NCBI GenBank assembly: GCA_030141605.1
Contig: JAQGDQ010001093.1
Coordinates: 1-63,564, forward strand
Reading direction: 5' to 3'
From: Tubiluchus corallicola
Taxonomy: Eukaryota; Animalia; Priapulida
Length of the DNA stretch: 63,564 nucleotides
Position numbers and translations under genes: made by a program. How positions within the stretch are numbered: position 1 is the first letter of the stretch; every line of letters begins with the position of its first letter. The notes beneath the pieces were generated by a model. That model was not told where the DNA came from, did not search any database, and was given only the letters and a program-made list of their open reading frames with translations. Of this stretch, positions 42,177 through 55,818 are shown piece by piece.

Positions 42177-42803
42177 AGCAAGACAGGACGATTTTTCATA
42201 CACTATCCCATTTTCAAATTCGATAAAAAGTATACATTTTAACACAATTAATACTGCAAAAGCGTTTCCGATAATTAAATAATAGATTAAATAAAACCTA
42301 ATTAATGGCGGGCGAGCCCAACTATTTATGACATCACAAACGAACATAATTTTTAACAGTAAAAATACTTCACGAGCGCGTTGCACGTGTTTGCGAAAGT
42401 GAAAATTTAAGTACATTGCTATTGTAAGATGTTCAGTGTGATGTACTAAAACTAGGTATGTTTTAAGATAAAAATTCAAATTTCACATTTAACGCTGTGC
42501 TCACGTATTAGCTGTCGAACGTGTGCAGTTCGTTACAAACTAACACATCTGAACTGAGAGGTACAGCACCTATTTTTGTGCAATGCGTTTCCGAAATGCA
42601 GGTGCTAGTGCCCATCTAACTACCAAGTGGTGAAATGTATGTAACAGTAAAGAACTAGTGGCGCGAACGTGAAATTGAGTTTGTGTGGTAATATTCTTTT
42701 ATGTAAGCCATTTTTGAAAAAATAGTATGTTTCCTTTCTTTATTTTAAAGAGTAGATTGTTTTGACCTTTGACCTATGGTTTGAAATTGGGTCCAGTTTT
42801 GCT
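42177..42803 (-). mobile_element. TTAA-flanked MITE, family C
   Basis: TTAA|agcaagacagg ... cagttttgct|TTAA; reverse complement of 13786-14383. Confidence 0.8.
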
Positions 42804-43122
42804 TTAAGTGATGAAGCCATTTAACTGTTTAAATGTCATTTAATAAATTTACTATTTTACTTTAGAGAGATTCCCCTGTTTTTAGCTTCGCTCTTAATCA
42901 AAATTAATTCAATCAAAAATTATATTTCTGTTTTTTCCACTTATATTTCAATGCAATGATCCAAATCAGGAGATTTCAGAATTTTCCAAAAACCCGACCG
43001 AAGTACCGATTTATAGCGAGTAAATTTTAGGAAACTCCTGGCCAAATCAGGAGTGGTGGCAACCCTTCTCCCGGGACGCTTTGGCCCACAATGGAATTTT
43101 ATACACAAAAACACATAGGTCT

Positions 43123-43548
43123 TAGGGGTGAGCATCGAACGTTCGATTTCGATTCGAACGCTCGAATTCGATTCGAACGAGTTTTTTCAGTTCGAACTCG
43201 GTTCGAATCCAAAACTATAGATTCGAATAATTCAGCACTTCAATCACATATGTTTCTGATCATTAAAATGATTGAAACATCATGCAATTAGCGTAATTTA
43301 GCTGTGACTTCTGCACACAATTTGAAACAAATTACTAGTCGTTTTATTGCAGAACAAAATCTAGTGATACGCATGATCTTTGTAAGACTAATTTTTGCTG
43401 GTGGTTCGAAAACTTGTTCGAAAATCTTTCAATCTCAATTCGAATTCGGTTCGAATTCGAAACACTGATGTTCGGTTCGATTCGAATTCGAAAGTCGCAA
43501 ATTCGGTTCGATTCGAATTCGTTTTCTGGTAGAGAATGCTCACCCCTA
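43123..43548 (+). mobile_element. Complete hAT-type MITE with 8-bp TSD
   Basis: ATAGGTCT|taggggtgagca ... tgctcaccccta|ATAGGTCT; many subterminal TTCGAA motifs. Confidence 0.9.
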
Positions 43549-43813
43549 ATAGGTCTATATAGTTGCATAGAGCAACCTAATAAAATTTCACTGCTTGGTG
43601 TTTTCTCACGCAGACAGTATACCTACGTCATCTGCTCAAAATGAATACTAATTGATATCATATAATATCATACAAAAAGGCGTTCTCGTATCACACCAAT
43701 TTAGTTTACATAATAATAATTATGACGACATTTTCTTGTTTGCGAAACAGTCCATATGATAACAATCAGACGAGCATTCACGTATAACGTGATTGATGAT
43801 TATATTCCTGCCA

Positions 43814-43844
43814 CTCCCTCTAGTGGTGAAACGCCCTCTACTGG
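43814..43844 (-). promoter_or_regulatory. Tandem pair of CTCF-like motifs
   Basis: Minus strand reads CCAGTAGAGGGCG and CCACTAGAGGGAG, close to the CTCF core consensus. Confidence 0.45.
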
Positions 43845-44134
43845 TAGGTTTAAGTAAACAAAGCAAGGCGGCACAGACGACGGTAAGTTGATGAGCAAAT
43901 TGCTTTATTAGTGAAATGTAGGTCGAAGATGACAGGATTTTAATAAAATTTTATTTTGAATGTAAAGAAAATTACTCAGTACCCATTGTCTTCAGACAGG
44001 CAGACATACAGACAGACATACGCTGGCGTAGACCTTTTATGAGTATCTGAATTAGATCTTAAAAGTTTCCGTGTTTAGTTTCTTTACAGTGTCAATACAT
44101 GCTGTAACAAGCAACAATGTAATTTTGCAGTTTG

Positions 44135-44780
<646 letters not shown>

Positions 44781-45371
44781 ATTATATGAATGATACTTTA
44801 TATTAATAACAGAGTCATCGTTTTTCATGGGGTATGGGAATCAGGCCTAGAGAGGAAAATAATTTAAATAAAAAATATAAAATTGATTAAAATTATATAT
44901 ATATATTTGTCATTGAATTCTGTAATTTTCTAATTAACATTGATGAGTGAAACGTCGACAAATTTGCTTGCAAGATGAAGAAACATGAAGTTTTAAACGC
45001 ATTTCACAGCAACATTGATGTAGCTTTTTTTAATCTGTGAACTGAATCAATTTGTATGTAATTAAATCGGACGACAGTTTAGCATCCATCTTAGTTGCCA
45101 TCTCAACGGGATGCTGCAATCGATGGAGGATGCTGGGAGGGTGGTTTACATATGACTCGAGTGGGAGGAGCAGTTAGACACATCTGATATAATTTAGCAG
45201 TTAATTTTGCAGAATAAATATCACTTCAACTCCGCCCCATTTTAAATTGATATATTGAGCATTGATTGTGCACAATGAAAAGCAAGTGATACTAACAATG
45301 GCTTCACACACGAAAGCGAAGAGATTAAACACCCCCAGGGCTTTGTGAGAAGCACGTTAATTTCTACTTAA

Positions 45372-46043
45372 AGGATAAGAAAAGGGGTATCTAAAATACG
45401 TTTCAGAAAAATTGCTTTAAAAATTATACTACTTTATAGCAATTTTACGCGTATATCGTACTCGCGTTGAAAGGAATTTTTTTTTGTTTTCATTTTAAAT
45501 CTCCCACAATACTGTTCCGACGGCGCCATTACATGACGTCACCTACGCACAACGCAAATCAGGGGGAAAAGGAAATGTTAAATTACGACCCAAAAACTTT
45601 CCGTGCAAATCTATATTACTTAGCATTTCACTTATCTTGCTGGAAAGACTTAGGTAACTAGAAATAATCATTTAAAATGCTTTCACCAATTGGTAAAATG
45701 TCGCTGACTCACCCTCCAGGGTGCGCCCCTCACTAGGCCAAAACGTATTTTTAATCTTACTGACAAGATACAGTAATTTAAAATTTTACTTAGTTAATGA
45801 CGTGTGCGCAACGAATGCTCTGATTTTTTTTTCAAACTGTATTTAATTTTATCAAAACTTGTTTCAAACGACCTACCATTAAAATGGCTGCGCCAAACGG
45901 TCATCGCGGGAGTTTAAATTTACATGTTTTATGCAGCGTTGCGACCGACGCAAACCCTGCGTGCAAAACGTTAAAATATAAGTGGTGTAGAATTTCAAGA
46001 CGAATTTTTTAAGCTTTGTGTAAGTCGAGGGTTTTCTTGTGCT
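45372..46043 (+). mobile_element. Kolobok/T2-like MITE family D
   Basis: TTAA|aggataagaaaagggg ... gagggttttcttgtgct. Confidence 0.8.
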
Positions 46044-46499
46044 TTGAAGACCAATACAAAAAGAGATAATACAATATTTAGACAAGCACAACAACAAATA
46101 AAGACAAGTTCAAGATGGCAGTTGCTATCATGAAAAAATGTAAACTAATCTTGCCAAACAGTGGCATCACAATTAGCTTCATAGCTGCTTAACACACGCA
46201 GCAGATTCACACTGAAGATGCGCGGCTTTTTCTTTTTCTTTGTGTTTTTTTTTGCTTTTTCCTGCGTAACATTTTCTTTCGTTCCTCGTTCTTTACTTTC
46301 TTTTTTCTTCCTTATTTACTTTTTATTTTTCCTTCAGTTTTTCCTGCTTGTTTGTCTCACTTTTTCGGTTTTGTTTGAGTCATTTTCTACCTGGTTGCCA
46401 TTTCTTCTTTTTCTTCTCTTCTTTCACACTTTTCCTCATCCTTATTTTATTTGTTCTTTTTTCATGGATCATTCGCTTATTTGTTATCACATTTGATTG

Positions 46500-47015
46500 A
46501 AATTGTTTGTTTGTTTCTTTGATTATATATTTGTATGTTTGTTTGTTCTTTGTTTATTTGTTTGTCTGTCTGTTTGTTTGTTTGCATGTATGTTTGTTCG
46601 TTTGTTTCTTTGTTTCTTTGTTTGTATATTTGTATGTTTGTTTGTTCTTTGTTTATTTGTTTGTTTGTTCTTTGTTTATTTGTTTGTCTGTCTGTTTGTT
46701 CGTCTGTTTGTTTGTTTGTTTGTTTCTTTGTTTGTATATTTGTACGTTTGTTTGTTCTTTGTTTATTTGTTCGTCTGTCTGTTTGTTTGTTCGTTTGTTT
46801 GTTTGTTCGTTCGTTTGTTTGTTTGTTTGTTTGTTTGCATGTATGTTTGTTCGTTTGTCTGTCTGTTTGTTTGTTTGCATGTATGTTTGTTTGTTTGTCT
46901 GTTTGTTTGTTTGTTTGATTGTTTGTTTCTTTGTTTGTATATTTGTATGTTTGTTTGTTCTTTGTTTATTTGTTTGTCTGTCTGTTTGTTTGCTTGTGTG
47001 TTTGCTTGTTTGTGT
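46500..47015. repeat. (TTTG)n-like microsatellite
   Basis: Direct reading. Confidence 0.9.
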
Positions 47016-47794
47016 ATTGGTACATGTGTTTGTGGCACTCTTTTTTCTTTGTCCTTATTTTTTCGCTTTCCCTTGATTTTAGATGTCGTTGAAGCGGCAT
47101 TACGTTCAACATTATGAGGATTAACAACATGTCAGTGGCGCCATCGTCTGGGAAAAAACAAAACTATGTTAGGTGTGTTTGTAGCAATACCGATCCTTTG
47201 TGTTATCACCTCGAGACTGTAAGACAAGAATAGATTTGATTAGAAATAACAAACCGATTTACGATAAATAATCGATCACTTAACAAGAAAACCATCTAGG
47301 AATAAATTTGCAACCAATCATTAGATTTCAAAAAAGCAATAAATAATTGATCAGCAAAATAGCAGCAAAAATATACAATCGATCCGTGATCGGTAATAGA
47401 TAATCAATAAGTGATGCAAAAATAAAGTGAACAAAAATTTCATAATTTTATTGTTTCACTGACCTGCTGTCTGTCTGTCTGACTGACTGACTGGCTGACT
47501 GATTGACTGACTAACTGACTGGCTGGCTGAACTGGCTGACCGACCGACCGACCGACCGACTGACTGATTGACTGGTTGAATGACTGACTGATAATCAAAC
47601 CATTTACTTTGACTGGCCGATTAATTAACTGACTGATCGGCTGACGACAAACTCGGGGAACAACTCACGTGCTAACCGACTGACCATCTGATTAACTAAC
47701 ATTGATTAACTGCCCAATCCATTGAGCAAACAGGCGACTGACTGACTGGCATGTTGTATGCTGTGGCAAGAGTGATAGTTAGGGCGAAATGTTT

Positions 47795-48452
47795 TGATCA
47801 TCTTATTTTAATCACCTACAGATGGCGCTGCAACAGCTTAGTGACTCACCATCTTATTTTAGTCACCACAACAACTTAGTGATTGATGTTATTTTAGTCG
47901 CCTACAGATGGCGCTGCAACAGCTTAGTGACTCACCATCTTATTTTTGTCACCACAACAACTTAGTGATTGATGTTATTTTAGTCGCCTACAGATGGCGC
48001 TGCAACAGCTTAGTGACTCACCATCTTATTTTAGTCACCACAACAACTTAGTGATTGATGATCTTATTTTAGTCGCCTACAGATGGCGCTGCAACAGCTT
48101 AGCGACTGATCATCTTATTTTAGTCACCTACAGGTGGCGCTGCAACAGCTTAGTGACTCACCATTTTATTTTAGTCACGTACAGGTGGCGCTGCAACAGC
48201 TTAGTGACTCATCATCTTATTTTAGTCACCTACAGGTCTCGCTGCAACAGCGTAGTGACTCACCATCTTATTTTAGTCACCACAACAGCTTAGTGATTGA
48301 TAATCTTATTTTAGTCACCTACAGATGGCGCTGCAACAGCTTAGTGACTGATCATCTTATTTTAGTCACCACAACAGCTTAGTGATTGATGATCTTATTT
48401 TAGTCACCTACAGATGGCGCTGCAACAGCTTAGCGACTGTGCAACTTATTTT
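47795..48452. repeat. Composite minisatellite with alternating long and short units
   Basis: Repeated catcttattttagtcacc-tacagatggcgctgcaacagcttagtgactcac and catcttattttagtcacc-acaacaRcttagtgattgat units. Confidence 0.9.
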
Positions 48453-48842
48453 AGAAAGTTGAGGGGTCGAATATTTGCTTGGCTTCCGTCTAGCCAAGTA
48501 AAACTTGCATACTTCACGTACGCAAATAACGTCTAGTGTTTTGAGATCAGGACGAAAACAGGATGCAACAATTTAAAATGAAAGACAGACTAGCGGAAGA
48601 CAAGTTAAACATTAGTTGGTGTTGATTGAAACGACTTGTTCTACATAACAAACACAGACTGTGCTTTTACCAGTGATGAAATCGAGTTAAGAACAATGGA
48701 TGTGCGTTTTTACTCCGTTTGCTGTGGGTTATGATCACGTGACTACTTAAAAAACGCAAAGACGATAAAGTTGAATTTGAGAAATTAGTTGAAATACTGT
48801 AGATTATTCGTGCATTGTCTGTGATACTTGCAACACTGAACA

Positions 48843-49215
48843 ATGACGTCTCCTGTTGCCATTGTCTGGTCATTGCTCTCACTCCTAGTGGCAGCTACTT
48901 GCACGTTCAGTTTTCTTCAACCAACCTGGTTCTTGAGGACTAAGCCGGGCCGGAGAACAGTGGATGAATACACGTTTGGCATGCTGAGTTTTTGTTACAA
49001 AGGTGTCGAAGCGAACTACGTGTGTGCAATGTACGGGGGAAGGTTGACGTTAGAAGAGTTCCCCTCTACACCTTGGCAAGTAGCAGCTATGACGTATGGT
49101 GGAGGCTGTATGTTCCTCTGTGCTTCCGCCATGGCAACACTGATTAGCTGTTGTGCCCCACCTGATTGGGACAGAAGGATAGCAGTGCTTACCGGATATG
49201 CACAAATAGTTGCAG
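48843..49215 (+). CDS. LHFPL7: LHFPL tetraspan family protein (LHFPL7/TMEM211-like), coding exon 1
   Basis: W.LLSL...TFSFLQPTWF...FGMLSFC...FPSTPWQVAA...GG...AQIVA matches the LHFPL7/TMEM211 pattern; donor cag|gtatac, phase 1. Confidence 0.88.
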
Positions 49216-49730
49216 GTATACGTTCGTTTACTGAAATCCAACTATAACTAATGAAATTTTTAGTTTCACAACCACCGCCACCGCAACGACAACAACAATG
49301 AAAAGGTTAATTCGAAAACATACTAAGAGTATTAGTGAACTTTAGAAACTTTTATTGCTATGAGTTGTAAAATATCTCTGCAAAACAAAGAGTTCTGCTA
49401 TTGTACAGTATTTCAATTAATTCACCTGTTTGGACGAAAACCAGCTGTATCACTTTCGGAATGATTTTGTCATAAATTTAGAACCACACCGACCACGTGG
49501 AAAGCACATATTAGCCACTCTTAAACTATTCGTTCATCTCCTGAAATAAGAATTATATCGCGGCAATGCAACCAACACAATAGCTATTGTTGACAACATT
49601 GTACACCTTCGTTGCTTAAGTTTCCATGCAGACTTGTATCATGACCAGAACAATTTCACAAGCCAGCTAGAAATATACGTTAAATTATAAACTAATGGAT
49701 GCAACTCTATTAGTACTAGAGTAAGTTTAA

Positions 49731-50414
49731 AGGACAAGAAAAGGGGCACCTGAAGTAGGTTTCAGAAAAATCGCCTTAAAAAATTATCTACTACCTACTA
49801 CTACTACTACTACTTTAGGCAATTTTATGCACATATCATATTCGAGTTGAAATTTTCGTTTGTTTTCATTTTAAATCTCCTGCAATACTGTTCCGACGGC
49901 GCCATTACATGACGTCACTGCGCCACGTAAATTAGGGGAAGAAAAGGAAATGTTAAACTATGTTCCAAAAAACTTTCCGTGCAAATCTATATTACTTAGT
50001 ATTTCACTTATCTGCTGGAAAGACTTATGTAACTGGACTAATCTTTTAAAATGTTTGTGCAAGTTGGTAAAATGTCGCTGACTCACCCTGCAGGGTGCGC
50101 CACTCACTAACCAAAAACGTATTTTTAATCTTACTGACAAGGTATAGTAATTTAAAATTTTAGTTAATTAGCAACATATGCTACGAATGCTCCAGTTATT
50201 TTTTCAAACTTTATTTAATGTTATCAAAATTTGTTTCAAACGACTTACCATTAAAATGGCTGCGTGTAACGGTCGTCGCGGGAGTTTAAATTTACATGTT
50301 TTATACAGCGTTACGGCCGATGCAAGCCCTGTATGCAACAAGGTAGCATGTAAGTGGTATAAAATTTTGGGACGAATTTTTTAAGCTTTATGTAAGTGGA
50401 GGGTTTCTTGTGCT
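49731..50414 (+). mobile_element. Kolobok/T2-like MITE family D (in the LHFPL7 intron)
   Basis: TTAA|aggacaagaaaagggg ... gagggtttcttgtgct|TTAA. Confidence 0.85.
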
Positions 50415-51223
50415 TTAAAAAGAATTTGTCTAGTTTCCTTATCAATTGTCACTGTCTGGTGTTGTTTCGGGGGCGGGTGTTGTGAACTCATACTGTTTAT
50501 TTGAAGTACAGCGTTTAGCTACGTAATTTAACATACATCTCTAGTCTCTAGTACTAATGCAATGGGATTCGATAGTTTATAATTGTAAGTATGTTTCTAG
50601 CTAGCTTATGCAAGTGTTCTGCACATGATGCAATATTGCACAGAAACGTAAACAATAAAGAAGTGCCTTGTCAACAATAGTTGTCAACAATAGCTGTTCT
50701 TTTGGCTGCATTATTGAGTCTGAGGCTTCCCGGATGCAAAATCGGTTGCACAAATAAGTATGACCTACACAAAAGTCATACAGTCTGTTTAGGTTATTAG
50801 ATTGACAGCAGGGGGAGCTGCGCAGAGCTGCAAAGAAGCTCCTTAACGAAGTTTGTTTTACGCTTTTTCATCTGAAACTGAGCAGTGTGGCTTACAGGAG
50901 TTGCGCAAGTATAAGCTTTCAATCTCCGCAGAAATTTTATGAGTTTATTGCAACAGATGTAGAGTCTTTAACCGCTTACTGGTGGGGACAGATTATTCTT
51001 AAAAATGCTGTTGATCTTAAACAGATCCTTATGTTCGTCTTATCAATACTGTCGTGTTTTATCAACTGCAATACCAAGACTCGTTCTTTTTTGTATGTAA
51101 ACTAAACGAATTTTCAGAAAAGTGGAACCCGGAGGCGTTTTTTTTTCTAAAAGTGGATAACATAGCCAGTCTCGTCAATTCGACAACGCTGAATCCGAAA
51201 TTTTTTTCCAGATTGGATTAATA

Positions 51224-51634
51224 GTGAAAAGAGAGTCATACATGAAATTAAATGTACTTCAAAACTACGCTTTACGATTAGTTAATGGCCATTCTTTGAA
51301 ATCATCTCACAATACAAGTAAATATTCTGCCAACTCTTTAAGAAATTCCATGAAAATCCCGATATTAGAAACCCACAGACATTATCAAACTCTCCTGTTT
51401 CTCTATAAATATATCAACAATATTAATTCTCCTTTCAAAAACAATAAGCTCCCACTTCTTAAAAACCCCAGTATGAATAACGGAACACTAAATTTAAAAA
51501 ACATTAGAACGAACAATCAATATGGAAAGAATTCCATTACTAAGCAAGCTATACAACTTTGGAATTCATTACCGACATCACTAAAACACAGCAGCTCTTT
51601 ATCAATATTCAAGTCTAAATTAAAAAACATTTAA
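51224..51634 (+). mobile_element. L2/CR1-type LINE ORF2 C-terminal fragment
   Basis: KLNVLQNYALRLV...LLFLYKYIN...YGKNSITKQAIQLWNSLPTSLKHSSSLSIFKSKLK*. Confidence 0.8.
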
Positions 51635-52349
51635 TGACTCGTTTTGAATATCCGACATACGAACACGATGATACTTACTCAAATCATAATTTCATTTTTC
51701 CTAGACCTTACTAAACTAGTTTAGATTTTATTTTTTGATTTTCTAGTTGCACTTATAGTTCAGCTTGCACCAGACGCATTTGCCCAGAACAGTGTATGTT
51801 TTTTAATGAACTAACACTGATTGTCTGTCTTTTATTATGATGGTCAATGTTTTTAAAATGGCAAATAAAGATTTTACTACTCCTACTAGTGGGACAAGGT
51901 CAAAAAGAAAAAAAAAGAAAATGGTGGCCATGTTTTTGGACAAACAATATAAATCAAAACAAATTTCCGGAAAATTGAGATTAAGAAGCGATTGTGACAT
52001 TTATTTCATATTAGTTTGACCTAAGCCTAATGAATCCATTTCTGTTACCTTTATTTCAAAAATGGCTATCGTTTTCAAAATGGCCGGTACACAAAACGAA
52101 ATTGTGCCAATCATGCATTTTATACTGACTGTTTTACCTAAATATTTAGTATAAAAACAAACGGCAAATTACTGCGAAGAGACGCCAAAATATTCCAGAC
52201 ACCATCCCAGACGACTCCAGATTCTGTTTTTCACATTTTGGGATAACCTTGGGCAATGGTAAAAGAGTGCCAGTACATGGTCTGGTTAGGCTTCTTCGCC
52301 ACCTCATATCGTAGTCGGGGTTGAGTACTAATTCGACATTTCGTTTTAA

Positions 52350-53018
52350 AGGAAAGAACAAGTCATTTTAGCATGTTGAGTTTATTTTACTGTTAGCACT
52401 TAAGCTTATAGAAATACAGCACAGAAATTTGTAATAAACAGTCTATAATTTCAATCTCTGTAGCGTCTGTGCAGAAATTTTCAGGGGGCGGTAGTAGCTG
52501 CCATTCACTTGAAAATTATGACGTAACTGTGACGTGTGTGATGTGACGTTGACATAGCACAGAAATTTGTAATAAACTGTCTATAATTTCAATCTCTGTA
52601 GTGTCTGTGCAGAAATTTTCAGGGGGCGGTAGTAGCTGCCATTCACTTGAAAATTATGACGTAACTGTCACGTGATGTGATGTGACGTTGACTTCGTGAC
52701 TTTCCGTAAGCTGTTGCTGCTTAAACTAATTCAAACTTCGCCAGGTTACTTAATGATCATGCAAAAATATGATCTAATTTTTTTGTAAAAACTTCTTATC
52801 GGGTATTGACAGTGCGCTACTTTTCTTCAGGACGAATGACGTCATTGGAAGAAGAATTGGCTTTTAAAGTGGGAGCACCCAAGCGTGAAATGATCGCGAC
52901 TTTAAAATGATTTTACTAATTACACGAGGCGCTTATCGGAGTTTTATTACTGAGTCCTTTTAAAATTTGCCTGGACATTGAAATAAGCCTAACTTGGTAG
53001 AACGCTTGATTTTTTCCT
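52350..53018 (-). mobile_element. Kolobok/T2-like MITE family B with internal 138-bp tandem duplication
   Basis: TTAA|aggaaagaacaag ... cttgattttttcct|TTAA; duplicated unit starts at 52418 and 52556. Confidence 0.75.
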
Positions 53019-53621
53019 TTAAAAAAAAAATCGTTCACGTATAGGCTTCATACAGGTATGAAACGTACAGTCATAATAATAAGCTATACACCTACACAAT
53101 GTAGGCCTACTTACAGGTATTTAAATTGTTTATGGTTGGCCTGTTCCAAATTATTATAAAGACGCATTTCTTGTTCAATGAACCGGAAAAACGTAATTCA
53201 AATGTATTTCCGTCTTGGTCGCAGAGATAACAACAGTAATGGAATTTGTGGAAAAAGATTGCCTTGAGCTCAAACGAGTTCTTCGTAAATTGGGACTTTT
53301 TCGGCATAAATGTTTACGAGTATCAGAGGTGTCGCAGCCCTTATTGAAAATGAAATGCATTGGCAGTGGACAGCTATTACAGTTAGCAACGTAGTTAAAT
53401 TCATCTTTTCCGAATAATAACAACTTCAACAGATCATTGGTTCCCAAGGCAGCTGTATTAAGGTTTTCGGGCAGAAGTATTACATATTACATTACATTAA
53501 TTAAGACACACTGAGGTTTTAAATAATAATTAAATTACGTTACATTAAAACGACTTTGCATAACATTAATTAAAATGGAGTGAAGTTTAAATTACCTTTA
53601 AAAGATAATAATTTACGTTAA

Positions 53622-54081
53622 CCCTTTCATTTCCAAATTATTTTTTTAATAAGAGAGAATTTTTTGGCTTGGTACTTTTGTTCAGCATGTCCATCTTGTT
53701 TACACGTAATAATTATTTTTTTCTACCTGTGCCCGCGTGCTAAATATAGCCTGTATCCCACGGGATACATTGCGATTCAATGGAAGCATAAAATGGGCTT
53801 CATTTTGCAACTGCTGATAATTTTTTAAAGTATTTAAGACATTTAGTATGCACGCTATGCTGATCTGTACAAAGTCATCTCTAAAGTACTGTACCTTGCC
53901 CAGTTTTTTATGCCATGTAGATTTCCTAGTTTGCCATTTTATCACCATTTTTAGTCTATTGTTATTGGCTTAGATCAAAATAACTATTAACAGATCAAAT
54001 AACTGTCAGTTTTAAAATTTTATTAATTTTAAAGGCAGAAAATATTCTCGTACCCCACGGGATACAACGGGTATGAAAGGG
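53622..54081 (-). mobile_element. piggyBac-like MITE (inverted copy of 32399-32859)
   Basis: TTAA|ccctttca ... tgaaaggg|TTAA. Confidence 0.85.
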
Positions 54082-54411
54082 TTAAAGTTTGAAAAAATAA
54101 TCATAGCATTCGTAGTACACTCGTCGTTAACTAAGCAAACGTATAAATTCTGTCAATAAGGTTAATGATATGTTTTTTGTGAGCCACTGATGCACGCAGG
54201 GAAGGTAGCTTGGGCTTTTTAAATTATTAAGAATTTACTTTTTAGTTACATAAGTCTTTTAAACAGGTAAGCGTAATGCAAATACATCGTAAGCGTAATA
54301 AAGCGTAATGCAAAACAATACATCTTTAACGACATGCATCAAAATTGCCATTACTTCTCCTTTAATTGCTTGGTCTTGGGTTTATAGATTCAGAAGTTCA
54401 TTAAAAGTTAA

Positions 54412-54861
54412 AGGGCTAGAAAACCCTCAACTTACATAAAGCTTAAAAAATTCATCTTGAAATTTTATACCACTTACCTACTGCCTTTTTGCATGCAGGG
54501 TTTGTGTCAGCAGTAACACTGTATAAAACATGTAAATTTAAGCTCCCTCGATGACCGTTAGACGCAGCCATAAGTTACATAAGTCATTCCAGCAGGTAAA
54601 CGAAATGCTAAGTAATATAGATTTGCATGGAAAGTTTTTTGGGACATAGTTTAACATTTCCTTTTCTTCCCCTGATTTACGTTTGCATAGTGACGTTAAG
54701 TAATGGCGTCGTCGGAACAGTACTGCGGGAGATTTAAAATGAGAACAAACTAAAATTCCTTTCAGGGTGAGTAAGATATGCGCATAAAATTGCTATAAAG
54801 TAATATCATTTCTTAAGGAGATTTTTCTGAAACCTACTTCAGGTGCCCCTCTTCTTGTCCT
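54412..54861 (-). mobile_element. Kolobok/T2-like MITE family D, internally deleted
   Basis: TTAA|agggctagaaaaccctc ... cccctcttcttgtcct|TTAA. Confidence 0.8.
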
Positions 54862-55588
54862 TTAACTGGGTGCTCGCGTGTTTGGCTTCTTACATCTAGG
54901 ACTAGTAACAGCCTCCGTACAGCGTGGTTCCCGTCATCTGGTTTCACAAGCCGTAAAAACTGGCTGCTCTGGGAAGTGGCTTGGTGTTTGGATAAGAGTT
55001 AGTATTTTCGTTACAGCTTGGAATGCATGTGTATACTTTTAACAACTAGGCATGTTGTAACATGAACTGTTTAGTAATCACGGGGGCTAATCGGGGGTGA
55101 TTTATGTCCATTATAAAGCAGAGCTTCTAGTTTAAGTAGGTAGTTGAACCAAAACCGAAGAATACTAGATAATTTTGTCTGGAAATATACTCCATGAAAA
55201 GTCCTTTTTGACGAGAGTCAAAATGGCAGACTCGACCAAAGTGTTGATAGTCTACATCATAAACATGCTCCCTGTGGCTGATGTAGCGTAATACACGGGT
55301 TTAGTACACACAGTCGGTTAGATGCTAAAAAATGAAAAGTCCTTTTTGAAGAGCGTGAGCACAACGAAACTGTGAAAAGGCCTATTAGCGGCCGACCAGC
55401 TCAGTTAGTGAACACGTCACAACTGAACATGATGTTCAACAGCACAAACATTTTACTAGCGTCTATTGGTTGTGTTTTTTAAAAGTACTTAAAAGTATCT
55501 CGAATATAGGCCCAAGCACTAAAATTGACAGGCGTATTTTATTAACATTAATCGTTAATAATAATTATTTATCTTTTATTTATTTCAG

Positions 55589-55818
55589 TGATTCTCATGG
55601 CGGTTGGACTGGTTATTTTCCCGCTAGGATTAGATTCGCCATTTGTTCAGGCGCAGTGTGGCGCAACGGACGCTTATGACGCTGGCAGATGCTCTCTTGG
55701 TTGGGGATACATGTTAGCTATCGTCGGAACAGTGCTCACGATTTTTTGTCCAATTTTTTCCAAGTACACAACGGTCAGCTTTGCGGACTCTGAATTTAAT
55801 ACTGTGATTGTGACGTAA
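55589..55818 (+). CDS. LHFPL7: LHFPL7/TMEM211-like, coding exon 2 (terminal)
   Basis: Acceptor tttcag ends at 55588; (V)ILMAVGLVIFPLGLDSPFVQAQCG...YDAGRCSLGWGYMLAI...*. Spliced CDS is 373+230=603 nt, i.e. 200 aa. Confidence 0.9.

Noticed and set aside
44940-44960. ttgatgagtgaaacgtc hammerhead-like string (also ctgatgacgaaa near 27402)
   Set aside because: No stem II and no convincing stem I.
47795-48452. CRISPR-like appearance of repeat arrays (also 30915, 37760, 59391)
   Set aside because: Intervening sequences are themselves repeats rather than unique spacers; eukaryotic context; no cas genes.
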